Numbered from the stretch's first letter, positions 9,337 to 19,841 are shown. The stretch is DNA of 64,000 nt from Candidatus Eiseniibacteriota bacterium (GCA_963702435.1 CAVPCR010000001.1:288001-352000), one strand, 5' to 3'. The notes: a model not told the origin generated them from the letters alone. Made by a program: numbers and translations.

Positions 9337-10608
9337 ATGGCAGAGCGGCTCATCGTGTTCGAGGATGCGGCAGCGCGCCGATTCGCGCCGCTTGCGCACA
9401 CGCGCCCGGTCTTCGAGCTCCTGTGCGGACTCATGAGCCCGCGCGAGCGGTGCGAGCGCGTGTTCCGCGCCCCGGCCGCCCTCCTCTGCCGCTCGTATCT
9501 CGCACCGCTCCTGGCCGCGACCAGCGGCCGTCCGGTGAACGCGCCGGGCGGCGGGACCGGGTCGCTCTTCCTCGCGAACGGCCGCCTCCTCGATCCCGCG
9601 GCGGTGGCCGCGCTGGCCGCGGCCGCGCCCGGCCCCGCGGCCTGGTGGAACGGGGACGAGCTCGTCGCCGCGCGCGTGCCGGCGGCGGACTCGGAGGGCC
9701 TCTTCGGCAATCTCGCCGGCAACGACTTCGTCCTCGATCCGGGCATGGTCGCGCGGCTGCCGCGGCATGTCGCCCCGGTCGAGCTCGCCGCGAACCTGTG
9801 GGGTCTCGTCCTCGCCAATGCCGCGGCGATCGAGCGCGACGCGGCCGGCCTCGCGGCGGCGGCGAGCGGCCGCCCGGCCCTCCCGCCGGGCGTGCACGCG
9901 ATCGGCGACCACCCGCTCCTCCTCGCGCCCGGCGCCGAGGTCGAGCCCGGAGCGGTCCTCGATCTCCGGGCCGGCTCCATCGTCATCGGACCGGGCGCGC
10001 GCGTGGCCGGTCTCACCCGCCTCGAGGGTCCCGCCGGGATCGGCGCACGAACGCAAATTCTTGGTGGACGGATCCGCGGCGGGACCACGATCGGGCCGGG
10101 CTGCCGCATCGCGGGCGAGGTCGAGGCCTCGATCGTCCAGGGCCTCTCCAACAAGTACCACGACGGATTCCTCGGTCACGCCTACGTCGGCGAGTGGGTG
10201 AACCTGGGCGCGCTCACCACCAACTCCGATCTCAAGAACACCTACGGCACGGTCAAGGTGTGGCAGGACGGCCGGCTCGTCGAAACCGGCGAGCAGAAGG
10301 TGGGAGCGATGATCGGGGATCACGCGAAGACCGGGATCGGCTCGCTCCTCGACACCGGCACCGTGATCGGAGTCGCCGCCAACATCTTCGGCGGCAGCGC
10401 CACCCTCGGCACCAAGTTCGTGCCGTCCTTCGCCTGGGGGACGCCGCCCCGGCTCACGCTGCACGACCCCATGCGCGCGCTCGAGACCATGCAGGAGGTC
10501 ATGCGCCGGCGCGGGGCGACGATGACGGAGGCCTACCGCGAGATGCTCGATGCCGTGTTCGAGCTGACCCGGCCCGAGCGCGTGTTCGCCGGCATCCACG
10601 ATCTGTAG
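9337..10608 (+). CDS. GlmU-family putative sugar nucleotidyltransferase / hexapeptide-repeat acyltransferase
   Basis: PLAHTRPVFELLCG N-terminus; left-handed beta-helix with SNKYHDGFLGHAYVGEWVNLGALTTNSDLKNTY. Confidence 0.85.
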   Translation: MAERLIVFEDAAARRFAPLAHTRPVFELLCGLMSPRERCERVFRAPAALLCRSYLAPLLAATSGRPVNAPGGGTGSLFLANGRLLDPAAVAALAAAAPGPAAWWNGDELVAARVPAADSEGLFGNLAGNDFVLDPGMVARLPRHVAPVELAANLWGLVLANAAAIERDAAGLAAAASGRPALPPGVHAIGDHPLLLAPGAEVEPGAVLDLRAGSIVIGPGARVAGLTRLEGPAGIGARTQILGGRIRGGTTIGPGCRIAGEVEASIVQGLSNKYHDGFLGHAYVGEWVNLGALTTNSDLKNTYGTVKVWQDGRLVETGEQKVGAMIGDHAKTGIGSLLDTGTVIGVAANIFGGSATLGTKFVPSFAWGTPPRLTLHDPMRALETMQEVMRRRGATMTEAYREMLDAVFELTRPERVFAGIHDL

Positions 10609-10661
10609 CGGCCGCGGCGCCGGGCGGCCGGCCGGGGTGCGCGGCGGCGGGTCGCGACGGC

Positions 10662-11177
10662 CTACTCGACGCCGCCCACCCAGGGCGGCGGCTCGATACC
10701 CTGCGCGCGCAGCCGGAGATTGAGCTGGGCCGCGTGGTGCTGGACGTGCCGCATCGTATAGAGGAGGAGATCGCCGACCGTGAAGGGGAGCCAGGGGAAG
10801 GGGCTCCGCCGCTCGATCTCGTCGTCGGTCAGGCCGGCGATCCGCTCCCGGCACCTGGCGCGGCCCGCCGCGAGGTAGGCGCGGAGCTCCTCCTTCGTGA
10901 AGGCGACGGCGGGCGTGTCCACGTGGAAGGGCGGGAACGGCATGGCGCCGAGGAAGTTCGCATTCAAGCGATGGAAGGCCGGCGGCCGGAAGCTCTCCTC
11001 GGATGCGGACAGATAGAGATCGAGATAGAAGAGCGTGTGATAGGCGATGTGCCAGCAGGGCGGCGGCTGCGAGCGGTCGTCCCATAGCGGGTCGGGACAG
11101 GCCTCGATCGCCGCCGCGAGCGTGTCGATCGCCGCGCCGAACTGGCGGGTGAGAGCCGCTTTCCAGGCGCCGGTCAC
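10662..11177 (-). CDS. DinB family protein
   Basis: WHIAYHTLFYLDLYL and MRHVQHHAAQL His motifs. Confidence 0.8.
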   Translation of the reverse strand: MTGAWKAALTRQFGAAIDTLAAAIEACPDPLWDDRSQPPPCWHIAYHTLFYLDLYLSASEESFRPPAFHRLNANFLGAMPFPPFHVDTPAVAFTKEELRAYLAAGRARCRERIAGLTDDEIERRSPFPWLPFTVGDLLLYTMRHVQHHAAQLNLRLRAQGIEPPPWVGGVE

Positions 11178-11196
11178 GGCCCGCCCCGGCGCCGGT

Positions 11197-11679
11197 TCAT
11201 GCCGGCCGCTCCGCGATCATCGCCGCCAGATCGTCGGGGGTCACGCTGAAGGCGCGCGCGAAGCCGCCGACGAAGCGCGCGGCGAGCGGCGTGATCGCGA
11301 AGAGCGTGAAGTCGGGCAACCCGAACATCGGCTCCGCGTCGGGGAAGCGCCGGAGGTAGATCCCGCGCGCGACCGCGTACTCGGCGGCGTCGCGGGCGAT
11401 CTCGCGGGCGCGCCCCTGGATCGACAGCCGGGCCAGGGCCTGCGGCGGGGCACCCGAGTCCTCGGACTCCATGACGAGGAGGCCGACCCGCGGATCCGCG
11501 CTCATGTCCTGCGTGTGCTGGGCGAGCCCGCTCACGTGGACGTAGAACGTCCTGCCGTCCGCGGCCACCACGAACGGGACCATGGACACGAAGGGCGCCC
11601 CTTCGTGCAGCGTGCCCAGGGCTGCGGCCGCCTTCTCTCGAACGAGCGCGGTGAGCGCCTCACGTGTTCCGGCATCCAT
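11197..11679 (-). CDS. Pyridoxamine 5'-phosphate oxidase-like (HugZ/HutZ-type split-barrel) protein
   Basis: GAPFVSMVPF, SGLAQHT, ARLSIQG, DFTLF...RFVGGFARA. Confidence 0.8.
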   Translation of the reverse strand: MDAGTREALTALVREKAAAALGTLHEGAPFVSMVPFVVAADGRTFYVHVSGLAQHTQDMSADPRVGLLVMESEDSGAPPQALARLSIQGRAREIARDAAEYAVARGIYLRRFPDAEPMFGLPDFTLFAITPLAARFVGGFARAFSVTPDDLAAMIAERPA

Positions 11680-11745
11680 ATGCGTCCATCCCTCCGTGAC
11701 TGAAATGCACCCGGACCCGAGGATACAGCCCCGGCGCCCCCGGCA

Positions 11746-12126
11746 CTAGAGCTCGGCGAACGCGACGACGTGGCCGTCGGGATCGAGCGCGTAGGCGGCG
11801 CGATGTCCCCAGTCGCGCGGGGCGAGCGGGCTCACCTCGACCGCCCCGGCGGCGAGCGCCCGCGCGTGGCAGAGCGCCGCGTCGGGGACGACGAGGTAGA
11901 CCTCGGCGCGCGGCGGGCCTGCGGGCTCCCCCGGAGCGGGGCCGTGCGCGCCGAGGAGCCGCCGGGCGCCCGCCACCGGCATGAGGCCGAGGCGCACGCC
12001 GGACCGGAGCTCGAACTCGGTCATCCCCGGGACGTTGAGCACCGGCTCGCGCGCGAGCACGCGCGCGTAGAACGCGGTCGCGCGTTCCTGATCGGCAACA
12101 TACAGGATGAAGTGGACCTCGCGCAT
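11746..12126 (-). CDS. VOC/glyoxalase family protein
   Basis: ILYVADQERATAFY ... RDWGHRAAYALDPDGHVVAF. Confidence 0.85.
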   Translation of the reverse strand: MREVHFILYVADQERATAFYARVLAREPVLNVPGMTEFELRSGVRLGLMPVAGARRLLGAHGPAPGEPAGPPRAEVYLVVPDAALCHARALAAGAVEVSPLAPRDWGHRAAYALDPDGHVVAFAEL

Positions 12127-12284
12127 ACCGGCACCGTCCTCCTTCCTGCTCGCGGCGGCAGGCGAAACGACGAGGCCGGGGCGGGCGCGGGATGGTCGGT
12201 CTCGCTCATCCTCCGCACTCTCCCCGGCCTCGCGCTGCCGCGGCCGCGCTGTCGCGCGCCGGCTCTTGTGCTTGCTCGCTCCGG

Positions 12285-13484
12285 CTACTTCTTGGTGACG
12301 CGCAGGTCGATGCGCCGATTGCGCTGGCGACCTTCCTCGGTGTCGTTCGACGCCACCGGGAACTGCTCGCCGTACCCCTCGGCGGCCATGCGTGCCGGCG
12401 CGACGCCGAGCTGGACGAGCGCGTTCATGGTGTTGGTGGCCCGATCCTGCGACAGCTTCATGTTCCCGGCATCGTCACCGACCGAGTCCGTGTAACCGCC
12501 GATCTTGATCTCGACCTGCGGGTAGGCCGAGAGGATGTCGGCGATGTTCTTGAGCTGCTCCTGCGAGCTGGGCATGAGCACGGCCGACGCGGTCTCGAAC
12601 TCGAGGCGGTCGAACGAGAACCACGTGGTCTTGTCCACCGGGCGATTCGCGTCCTCGATGAAGGCGATGAGCTGCGACTCGATGCCGTTCTCCGGCACGT
12701 TGAGCTTGACGCCGTTCGGGAGGCCGCGGATGACGAAGACCGGAGCCGGAGTGGCCGGCGCGACCTCGGCCGGCGGAGCCTGGGGCTCGGGGGTCGTGGC
12801 CACCGGTTCTTCCTGACGGCGACCCTTCCAGAGCCAGAAGAGAAGGAGCAGGGCGATGAGCGGGAGGAGCCACTTCCAGAGCGCCGAACCGCCGCGGGCG
12901 GACGGCATCGCGGCAGCCGCTGCCGCGCGGCCGGCATCGCCGAAGTCGAACCCGAGCGCCTGGGCCAGTCCGGCCGGCGCCGCCCCGCGGAGAAAGGATG
13001 ACTGCGAACCGAGGAGGTTGCCGAGCCCCGCCGCGTTGTAGTTCCCCCCGGTCCGCAGGTACTTGAGGATCCAGTTGAGAACGAAGGGCGCGCCGATCGA
13101 CAGGAGAGAGCTCGCCGCGTTCCGGTTCAGCCCGGCCGCGGAGCTCAGCCAATCGGTGACCGAGTTCTGGCGCGGGCCGAAGATCGCCGGAAGGAGCGGA
13201 GCCCCGAGCTTGAGAAGCGCGGGAACCCCGCCGAGCGCGCTCGCCGCGCTCGCCATGGTCCCGAACTTGCTGCCGTCGAGACCGCTCTGCTCGGCCAGCT
13301 TGACGAGATCGCTCGCACCCTGGGCCGTCGACGCCTTGCTCACGAAGCCGCCGAGGATGGCCGGCATGAGACTGCCCATCGCCGACTTGGTGGCGCCCGA
13401 CGACTCGCCGATCGCCGAGGCCACAGCGGAGATCGCGTCGTCGCCGATCTCGCGCCCGATCAGATCCAGAAGATTGACTGCCAT
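12285..13484 (-). CDS. OmpA-family peptidoglycan-binding protein with N-terminal DUF937-like domain and one TM helix
   Basis: FETASA, IGGYTDSVGD...NMKLSQDRA, EGYGEQFPVASNDTEEGRQRNRRID. Confidence 0.85.
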   Translation of the reverse strand: MAVNLLDLIGREIGDDAISAVASAIGESSGATKSAMGSLMPAILGGFVSKASTAQGASDLVKLAEQSGLDGSKFGTMASAASALGGVPALLKLGAPLLPAIFGPRQNSVTDWLSSAAGLNRNAASSLLSIGAPFVLNWILKYLRTGGNYNAAGLGNLLGSQSSFLRGAAPAGLAQALGFDFGDAGRAAAAAAMPSARGGSALWKWLLPLIALLLLFWLWKGRRQEEPVATTPEPQAPPAEVAPATPAPVFVIRGLPNGVKLNVPENGIESQLIAFIEDANRPVDKTTWFSFDRLEFETASAVLMPSSQEQLKNIADILSAYPQVEIKIGGYTDSVGDDAGNMKLSQDRATNTMNALVQLGVAPARMAAEGYGEQFPVASNDTEEGRQRNRRIDLRVTKK

Positions 13485-13780
13485 CTTGCTACCCCCGTGA
13501 AAGGACGAATCGCAACCGAACCCCACTCACTTCGTCGGGAAGCACCGCGCGCTGTTGCGGTGCCGGACCGGTGGCGACCACGGCTCCCCGCTCTTGCGCT
13601 GGAGCCAATTTGTGTAGTGGATGTGCGGCCCTGAGGTGCGGGCCTGGCGGACGTGGTGAGTGAATCGAGATGTGCTTGGCTCAGCGCGGCCGCCGGCCCC
13701 GCATGCACTGCTGTCTACGGATGGCACCGACGGGAGGAGTTCAAGGCCGGCGGGGACGTTAAGGAGGCGCCGGCCGGAAG

Positions 13781-14284
13781 TCAATCACCTTGCACCGCGG
13801 CGAGCCAGCGGAGAGCCGCGGCCGCCGTGGCGGAGGAAGGGAACTCGTCCAGGACGCGCTGATAGAGCACCCGGGCGGCGGGTGCCCGCCCGAGCTGGAG
13901 CTCGGCGAACGCCGCATTGAGGAGCGCCATCTCGCGGAAGCTCTGCGGCGAGGGGCTGAGTAGAACCGCCGTGCGATGGCGGTCGATCCAGGGATGGCGA
14001 GAGAGGAACGCGTAGCTCGCCTCGAACTCCCCGATGGCGTCCTGGAAGGCGCGGGCGCGAAGCGCCGCGATGCCCGCAGCGTGGTGCCGGAGGAGGAGAG
14101 CACGCGCCCCGCGCGCGTGAAGGAGATAGAGAAGCGTCCCCGCGAGCAGCACCCAGGGAGTGGGTCCGAGGACGAGCCGGCAGATGACGAGCGCCACGGC
14201 GAGCGCGACGAGCTGCACGCCGAGCGCCGGCCAGGCGATGTGGCGCACGGCGCCGAGCCGTGCGGAGGGATCGGGGTTCTGCAC
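13781..14284 (-). CDS. Small membrane protein with TPR-like C-terminus
   Basis: GTG start after GGAG; two hydrophobic helices; SFREMALLNAAFAELQLG TPR-like segment. Confidence 0.6.
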   Translation of the reverse strand: MQNPDPSARLGAVRHIAWPALGVQLVALAVALVICRLVLGPTPWVLLAGTLLYLLHARGARALLLRHHAAGIAALRARAFQDAIGEFEASYAFLSRHPWIDRHRTAVLLSPSPQSFREMALLNAAFAELQLGRAPAARVLYQRVLDEFPSSATAAAALRWLAAVQGD

Positions 14285-14286
14285 GG

Positions 14287-15135
14287 TCAGACTCCTCCTG
14301 GGTCCGGTCGCGGGCTCGCGAAGCACCGGCGGAGCCAGGTGCTCGTGACGGCGAAGAAGTCGTCGCGCACGGCCCGCTCCCGCCACGGGTAGTGCCCGCA
14401 GCGCTCCCACTCGCGGTACTCGAGGGCCGGGAGGTAGGGCTCGAGGCTCGCCCGGATCAGATGGCCGGGGTGCGGATCCTGCGCGCCGTGGAGCAGGAGC
14501 ACCGGCACGTCGATCGCGGCGAAGGCGGCCGGATACACGCCGGCTGCCTGGAGCCGCAGCATGTCATCCCAGGTCTCGCGGTGAGCGCGCGCATCGCACG
14601 GCTCGGCGTCCTCGTCGGCCATCGCGTCACAGGAATACAGCGGCTCGAGGAGATCCGCTCTCATCCGGAGTCGCTGGTCGGGATCGGAGATCGTGGTCTC
14701 GAGAGCGCGGAGCCGCTCGCGCAACGCGCCGTCCATTCGTTCGGCGCACAGCTCCTGAAAACGCGCGCGCTCTGCTGGCCCGAAGGTGCCAGAGCCGACG
14801 GCGACGAGCGCCGTCACCTGCCCGGGATGCGCCGCCGCGTAGGCGAGCGCGAGCATGGCTCCCCACGAGTGCCCGACGAGCGCCGGGCGCAGGCCGCCCT
14901 CCCCTGCCGTGATCTCGACCACGAGCGCGTCGAGGTCGGCGACGTGACGGGCGACCGTGAGCGGCTCTTCCGTGACGGTCCCGTCCGGCCGCGTGCTCCC
15001 GCGCTGGAACGGCTCGTGGACGCGGAACGCAGCGGCCAGCCCGCGGGCGAGCCCGCACGCCGAACCCGGGGCGCCGGGGCCGCCATGCAGGACGATGACC
15101 GGGGGACCGGAGCTTCCGTGGCGGTGCATCCGCAT
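14287..15135 (-). CDS. Alpha/beta hydrolase
   Basis: LHGGPG, GHSWG nucleophile elbow, HGAQD, CGHYPW. Confidence 0.9.
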   Translation of the reverse strand: MRMHRHGSSGPPVIVLHGGPGAPGSACGLARGLAAAFRVHEPFQRGSTRPDGTVTEEPLTVARHVADLDALVVEITAGEGGLRPALVGHSWGAMLALAYAAAHPGQVTALVAVGSGTFGPAERARFQELCAERMDGALRERLRALETTISDPDQRLRMRADLLEPLYSCDAMADEDAEPCDARAHRETWDDMLRLQAAGVYPAAFAAIDVPVLLLHGAQDPHPGHLIRASLEPYLPALEYREWERCGHYPWRERAVRDDFFAVTSTWLRRCFASPRPDPGGV

Positions 15136-15147
15136 GCGGTGACCGAG

Positions 15148-15498
15148 CTAGGACCTGAACCAGAGACGAGCGGCCACCACCACCAGCACGAGCGCGAACG
15201 CCCGCTCGATCACACGCCCCGGCAGCCGGACGCCGATCAGGGCGCCGACCAGGGTGCCGAGGAACAGACCGCAGGCGATGAGGAGGCCGGCGCGCAGGTC
15301 GACCTGCCCATTCCGGTAGTACTGCCAGACGCCGAGCGCCCCGACCGGGAGGAGGAGCGCGGCGAGCGACGTCCCGGTGGCTGTCTGCACCTGCATCGAG
15401 GCAAAGAAGAGCAAGGCGGGGACGATGACGATGCCGCCGCCGATACCGAAGATCCCGGCCAGAACGCCGGCCCCGAGCCCGATGACGAGAAAGATCAT
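15148..15498 (-). CDS. TauE/SafE (TSUP) family membrane protein, half-size
   Basis: AGVLAGIFGIGGGIVIVPAL...ATGTSL. Confidence 0.85.
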   Translation of the reverse strand: MIFLVIGLGAGVLAGIFGIGGGIVIVPALLFFASMQVQTATGTSLAALLLPVGALGVWQYYRNGQVDLRAGLLIACGLFLGTLVGALIGVRLPGRVIERAFALVLVVVAARLWFRS

Positions 15499-16046
15499 GT
15501 CGCGACCGCGCCTCCTTCGCTTCCTGCCTGCCAGTCGTCGCGCCGGAGCTCCCAGTAGCCCGGCGCGGGGTGGAGATCCGCGGGGCGCGGCGCTTCCCGC
15601 AACCCGCACGCATAGTAGAGGGTGCGCGCCGCCAGGTTGGCGACGGCGGGCTCCGTGAAGACCGCCGCCACGTCCGGCCGCGCCGCGAAGACCCAGCGAA
15701 TCAAGGTGCTCAGGGCGTCGCGACTCAGCCGCCGGCCCCGTGCTGCGATCGTGAGTTTGATGTCGAGGCTCGCGCGGCCGTGAGCGCGGTCCACGGCGGC
15801 GTACGTCTCCCCGCAGAACCCGAGCGGCGCGGCGCGCACCGTGAAGTGGTAGCGATCCGGGTGATCCCGCACCCGGTCGAACCAGGCGGCCATCCGTGCG
15901 GCGTCGTAGCCGAGGCCCTCCGGAAACCCGACCGCTGCCATCACGCGGCCGTCGTTCCAGAGCGCGGCAAGAGCAGCCAGGTCCTCCTCGCGCGTGCTCA
16001 CGAGCTCGACGCGCGCGCCGCGGAGCGTGAGCTCTGGATTCGCCAT
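15495..16046 (-). CDS. GNAT (RimJ/RimL-type) N-acetyltransferase
   Basis: ARGRRLSRDAL acetyl-CoA motif, NLAARTLYYACG. Confidence 0.75.
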   Translation of the reverse strand: MANPELTLRGARVELVSTREEDLAALAALWNDGRVMAAVGFPEGLGYDAARMAAWFDRVRDHPDRYHFTVRAAPLGFCGETYAAVDRAHGRASLDIKLTIAARGRRLSRDALSTLIRWVFAARPDVAAVFTEPAVANLAARTLYYACGLREAPRPADLHPAPGYWELRRDDWQAGSEGGAVAT

Positions 16047-16060
16047 GCGCGGAGGATAGC

Positions 16061-16753
16061 TCAACCGGCGCCCGCGCACCCGAGCCGCTTCCGGACTGCG
16101 TCGCTCTCGAGCTCGCGGATGGCATCGGCCGCCACCCAGCGCGCGGCGCGCGAATCGACCGCGCGGAGACGACGGGCCGTGGCGAGGGCGGCCCGCCGGA
16201 GCCGGCGATTGCGCTTGCCGATGTTGCGGAGCGCCCAGTTGACCGCCTTCTTGACGAAGTTGCGCTCGTCGGTGGCGGCAGCCGCGATGATCGGGAGGAG
16301 CGCCTGGAAGCTGGCGTCCGACGCCTCCCGGTCGTGCACGGCGAGGCTCGCGATGAGGGCGAAGGCGGCGCGCCGGACGTACTCCTCGTCGCGCGCGGCC
16401 CAGGGGCGGATCTTCCGCCAGGCGAGCGGCGAGCGGTCGAAGAGGTTGCCGCACACCTGATCGCAGACATCCCAGGAGTTGAAACCGGCGACCCAGGCGT
16501 CCATCTGCCGGGCGGTGAGCGCGGCCGGATCGGCGACCAGGCTCGCCACTATCCGCGCATCGGGGATGCCGGTCTTCCAGAGAGCGAGGGCGAGACGATG
16601 ATCCCGGCCGAGCGCTTTCGCGATCTTGCGCATGGCAGGCACCGAGAGGCCGAGCCGGCGATCGGGTGTCAGGCCGAAACGGGCCATGCCCGCGATCTCT
16701 CCGGGCCGCGCCTCGGCTCTGATCAACTGCATTGCGTGGTCAAGAGACGCCAT
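16061..16753 (-). CDS. DNA alkylation repair protein (AlkD-like HEAT repeat)
   Basis: FNSWDVCDQVC, DERNFVKKAVNWALRNIGKR. Confidence 0.9.
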   Translation of the reverse strand: MASLDHAMQLIRAEARPGEIAGMARFGLTPDRRLGLSVPAMRKIAKALGRDHRLALALWKTGIPDARIVASLVADPAALTARQMDAWVAGFNSWDVCDQVCGNLFDRSPLAWRKIRPWAARDEEYVRRAAFALIASLAVHDREASDASFQALLPIIAAAATDERNFVKKAVNWALRNIGKRNRRLRRAALATARRLRAVDSRAARWVAADAIRELESDAVRKRLGCAGAG

Positions 16754-16763
16754 CGTTCCCTGA

Positions 16764-17156
16764 TCACTCCCGGCCGGACGGAAACCCGGTGCCGGCGACA
16801 AACTCCGCCCACGGCCGCGGATCGATGTGCTGGTACTCGCGCCAGTGCGTGATGAGCCCGTGCTCCACGCGCACGATTGCGACGCCGTGGTAGCGATGTG
16901 CGCCCTCGTACGTGTACTCGCCGGCACCGATCTGGCGCTCCTCATCGAAGAGGATCGTGTGCCATGCCATGCGCTGCGGGCGACCCTCGTCGGCGGCAAA
17001 GAAGGCGGCGAGGGTCGCGCGATCTGCGAACGAATAGCGGAGCGGATCCGCGTAGCGCACACCGGCGGCGAAGGCGGCGGCGACCTCGTCGTAGGCCCGC
17101 CGGCGCCAGCCGTCCGCCAGTCGCTCGAGCAAGGCGCGAAACTCGAGCGGCGTCAT
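16764..17156 (-). CDS. SnoaL/NTF2-like protein
   Basis: FAAGVRYADP ... GLITHWREY. Confidence 0.8.
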   Translation of the reverse strand: MTPLEFRALLERLADGWRRRAYDEVAAAFAAGVRYADPLRYSFADRATLAAFFAADEGRPQRMAWHTILFDEERQIGAGEYTYEGAHRYHGVAIVRVEHGLITHWREYQHIDPRPWAEFVAGTGFPSGRE

Positions 17157-17920
17157 GGGGAATCGCTACCTGCGGCGCGGTCGCCCGCCTTCTCGGCCAG
17201 AACCATGATCTCGATCTCGTCCAGATCGAGCGGTCGCTTCCCCCAGGCGCCGGCCGTGCCACCCCACAGCCCGCGCACACGCAGGCCGGCTGTTCTGAAG
17301 AGCAGGACGAGCTCGGTCGGCACGAATCCGCGCTCGCGGAGCGGCAACGAGACGGGAGGTGCGCACTCCGAGCGTTCGGACAGGGTCCCCGGATCGAAGA
17401 GGCCGCGTGCCACCGCATCCTGGTCATGCTTCCGGATCAGCGCGCATCCGTTCAGCACCGTGAACAGGCAGTGCGCACCGGGTTTCATGGCCCGCGCCAC
17501 GTTCGTGAGGATGGCCAGCGGCTGCTCGATCGGATCGTCCGCCGGTACGAGCAGGCCGCAAGCGCCCTCGCACAGGCAGATGACCGCATCGAACGTGGCC
17601 GCGAACGAGAAGCGGGCCGCGTCCTCCTGCCGCCAGTCGACGTCGACGCCCGCCGCGGCCGCGCGCCGCCTGGCCTCGGCCAGCATCCCCGCCGAGAGAT
17701 CGAGCCCGGTGACGGCGAATCCGCGGCGCGCGAGCTCGATCGCATGACGACCCGTGCCGCAGCCGACGTCGAGGAGAGCGTCCCCCGGCCGCAGCCCGAG
17801 CTCCGCGACGAGGAAGTCCACCTCGGCGCGCGTGTTCTTCGTGAACACGTTGTCCTCGTACACCGGGGCGTGCTGGTCGAAGAAGACCGCCCAGCAGTTG
17901 TCGGCCGCGTTGCCCGCCAT
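17153..17920 (-). CDS. Class I SAM-dependent methyltransferase
   Basis: LLDVGCGTGRHA, VTGLDLSAGML. Confidence 0.9.
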   Translation of the reverse strand: MAGNAADNCWAVFFDQHAPVYEDNVFTKNTRAEVDFLVAELGLRPGDALLDVGCGTGRHAIELARRGFAVTGLDLSAGMLAEARRRAAAAGVDVDWRQEDAARFSFAATFDAVICLCEGACGLLVPADDPIEQPLAILTNVARAMKPGAHCLFTVLNGCALIRKHDQDAVARGLFDPGTLSERSECAPPVSLPLRERGFVPTELVLLFRTAGLRVRGLWGGTAGAWGKRPLDLDEIEIMVLAEKAGDRAAGSDSP

Positions 17921-17942
17921 TGCGCCTCCTCTCCCGCTCAGG

Positions 17943-18431
17943 TCACCGGGATGCGCCGCGACGGAATGGAAAGTCGATGACCCGCGTCTCGCCGTTCCGC
18001 TCGCCCTCGATCTGGGCGAGCAGCGAGTCGGGCCCCACGCGCCGGTAGCGGACCCGCTGTGGAAAGTCGTGTGCCGGATCGGCGAAGACGGCGGTCGAGT
18101 CGGTGAGCTCGATCGCCGGGAACTCCGCCGTCGCCTGGCCCGAGGGCGAAGCGATGTACACGAGCATCCCGGCTCGCTCCTCGATCCGGAGGTACTCGTA
18201 CTCGACCGTCTTCCCGGCGACGACGGTACGGCTCACGCCGAGCATGGTCATCCCGAGCGGCTCGAGCCAGAGCTCCTCGCGGCGCCCGTTCGCGAGCTCC
18301 TGGACCCACGAACCGGCAAGCCAGGCGATGCGCGCCAACGGGTCGTTGTCGCCGGTGGCGCCGTGCGCTGCGGGGACGACCAGCGCAAGGAGCGCGCCGG
18401 CGCCGAGGAAGGTCAACGTCATCCAGTCCAT
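17943..18431 (-). CDS. Secreted DUF6265-like protein
   Basis: Signal peptide; WLAGSW, EELW, YEYLRI, FADPAHDFPQRVRY. Confidence 0.7.
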   Translation of the reverse strand: MDWMTLTFLGAGALLALVVPAAHGATGDNDPLARIAWLAGSWVQELANGRREELWLEPLGMTMLGVSRTVVAGKTVEYEYLRIEERAGMLVYIASPSGQATAEFPAIELTDSTAVFADPAHDFPQRVRYRRVGPDSLLAQIEGERNGETRVIDFPFRRGASR

Positions 18432-18444
18432 CTCGACCTCCGTT

Positions 18445-19314
18445 TCACGCCGGCCGCCGCGCGAGCAGCGAGAAGGTCATCGGGATCCGCGCCGCGAGCT
18501 CCGGTCGCAGATGGGGAAAGGCCGGCCAGTACGGATCCGGGTGTTCGCCGAGATGCTCGATCGTCAGACCGGCTCCGCGAAGCGCCTGGAACACGGCGGC
18601 GATCGACCACAGGCGCTCGTGCTTCCGCGCATGCTCGCCGGCAGGACGTCCCAGATCGCCGATGTAACTCCCCGGCCAGCCGCGCGACGCCTCGGCATGC
18701 CGGAAGTAGTCGGCCCCCGAGGCGACGAGCGTCTCGGCGTCCATGTCGAACAGGTAGGTCACCGGATGGTCGTCCAGGACGTGGAAGCGACCGCCCGGCA
18801 TCAAGAGTCGATGCACGACCGCGGCCCAGCGCTCGAGATCGTGGATCCAGCACAGCGCCCCCTGTCCGGTGTAGACGAGGTCGGCCTGTCCGTCGAGCTC
18901 GGCGGGCGCATCGAGCACGTCGCAGCGATACCAGAGAGCCGGGGCCCCGAGCGCGTCGCTCAGGCGCCGAGCGTTCGCGATGTGCACGTCGGAGATGTCG
19001 ATGCCGATCACACGCGCTGCTCCCTCTTTCCAGAGCGAGAGCGTGTCCTCGCCCGAGGCGCACTGGAGATGGATGGCCGTACGGCACCAGGATCGGAGGT
19101 CGCCGAGGTTGGCTCGCTCGATCGGATGCAGGCTCGAGCCGCCGTTCTTGAGGAAGTCGAACCTCTTCGCCCAGCGCTCGGTGTAGTACGCGGCGCCCTC
19201 GTTCCAGGCAAGGCGATTGGCCTCGTGGCGCGCCCGCACCTCGTCCGGGCCTGCCGCCGGGGGCTCGACCTCCCCCTGCATACCGGCCGGGAGGCCGAGC
19301 TTCTCGTTCTCCAT
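18445..19314 (-). CDS. Class I SAM-dependent methyltransferase
   Basis: NRLAWNE, HLQCASGEDTLS, DLVYTGQGALCWIHDL. Confidence 0.85.
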   Translation of the reverse strand: MENEKLGLPAGMQGEVEPPAAGPDEVRARHEANRLAWNEGAAYYTERWAKRFDFLKNGGSSLHPIERANLGDLRSWCRTAIHLQCASGEDTLSLWKEGAARVIGIDISDVHIANARRLSDALGAPALWYRCDVLDAPAELDGQADLVYTGQGALCWIHDLERWAAVVHRLLMPGGRFHVLDDHPVTYLFDMDAETLVASGADYFRHAEASRGWPGSYIGDLGRPAGEHARKHERLWSIAAVFQALRGAGLTIEHLGEHPDPYWPAFPHLRPELAARIPMTFSLLARRPA

Positions 19315-19430
19315 CGCGATCAGCTCCTTCCCTGCCTTTCGATGCCGCGCCCCCAGGGCAGCGTGCGGCGCGCGAACTCGCCGCTGCAGCGGGCCGGATC
19401 GGACGTCTCTTGATCGCGCGAGAAGCCGGA

Positions 19431-19841
19431 TCACCCGGGAAGCCGGCTGGCGGGAGGCTCCCAGAGCTCGATGCGATGGCCTTCGGGATCCATCACCCAG
19501 CCGAATCGACCGAACTCCGAGGTCTCCGTCCGCTCGTCCACCGCACAGCCCTCCGCGCGCAGGGCCGAGAGCACCGCATCGAGGTCGCGCACCCGGTAGT
19601 TGATCATGAAGGGAGCGCTGCTCGGAGCGAAGTACGTTGAATCTGCCGGGAAGATGCTCCACACGGTGGCCCCATCCGGCTCCGGCGCGCCGGCATTATG
19701 CCAGCGGAAGGCGAGGCCTCCCCACTCCTGGATATCGAGGCCGAGATGGCGACGGTACCACGCGCGGAGGGCATCGGGATCGCGGGCCTTGAAGAAGATG
19801 CCCCCGATTCCGGTGACGCGCTGTCTCGGTGTCTCGTCCAT
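19431..19841 (-). CDS. VOC/glyoxalase family protein
   Basis: RVTGIGGIFFKARDP ... FGRFGWVMDPEGHRIELWEP. Confidence 0.9.
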   Translation of the reverse strand: MDETPRQRVTGIGGIFFKARDPDALRAWYRRHLGLDIQEWGGLAFRWHNAGAPEPDGATVWSIFPADSTYFAPSSAPFMINYRVRDLDAVLSALRAEGCAVDERTETSEFGRFGWVMDPEGHRIELWEPPASRLPG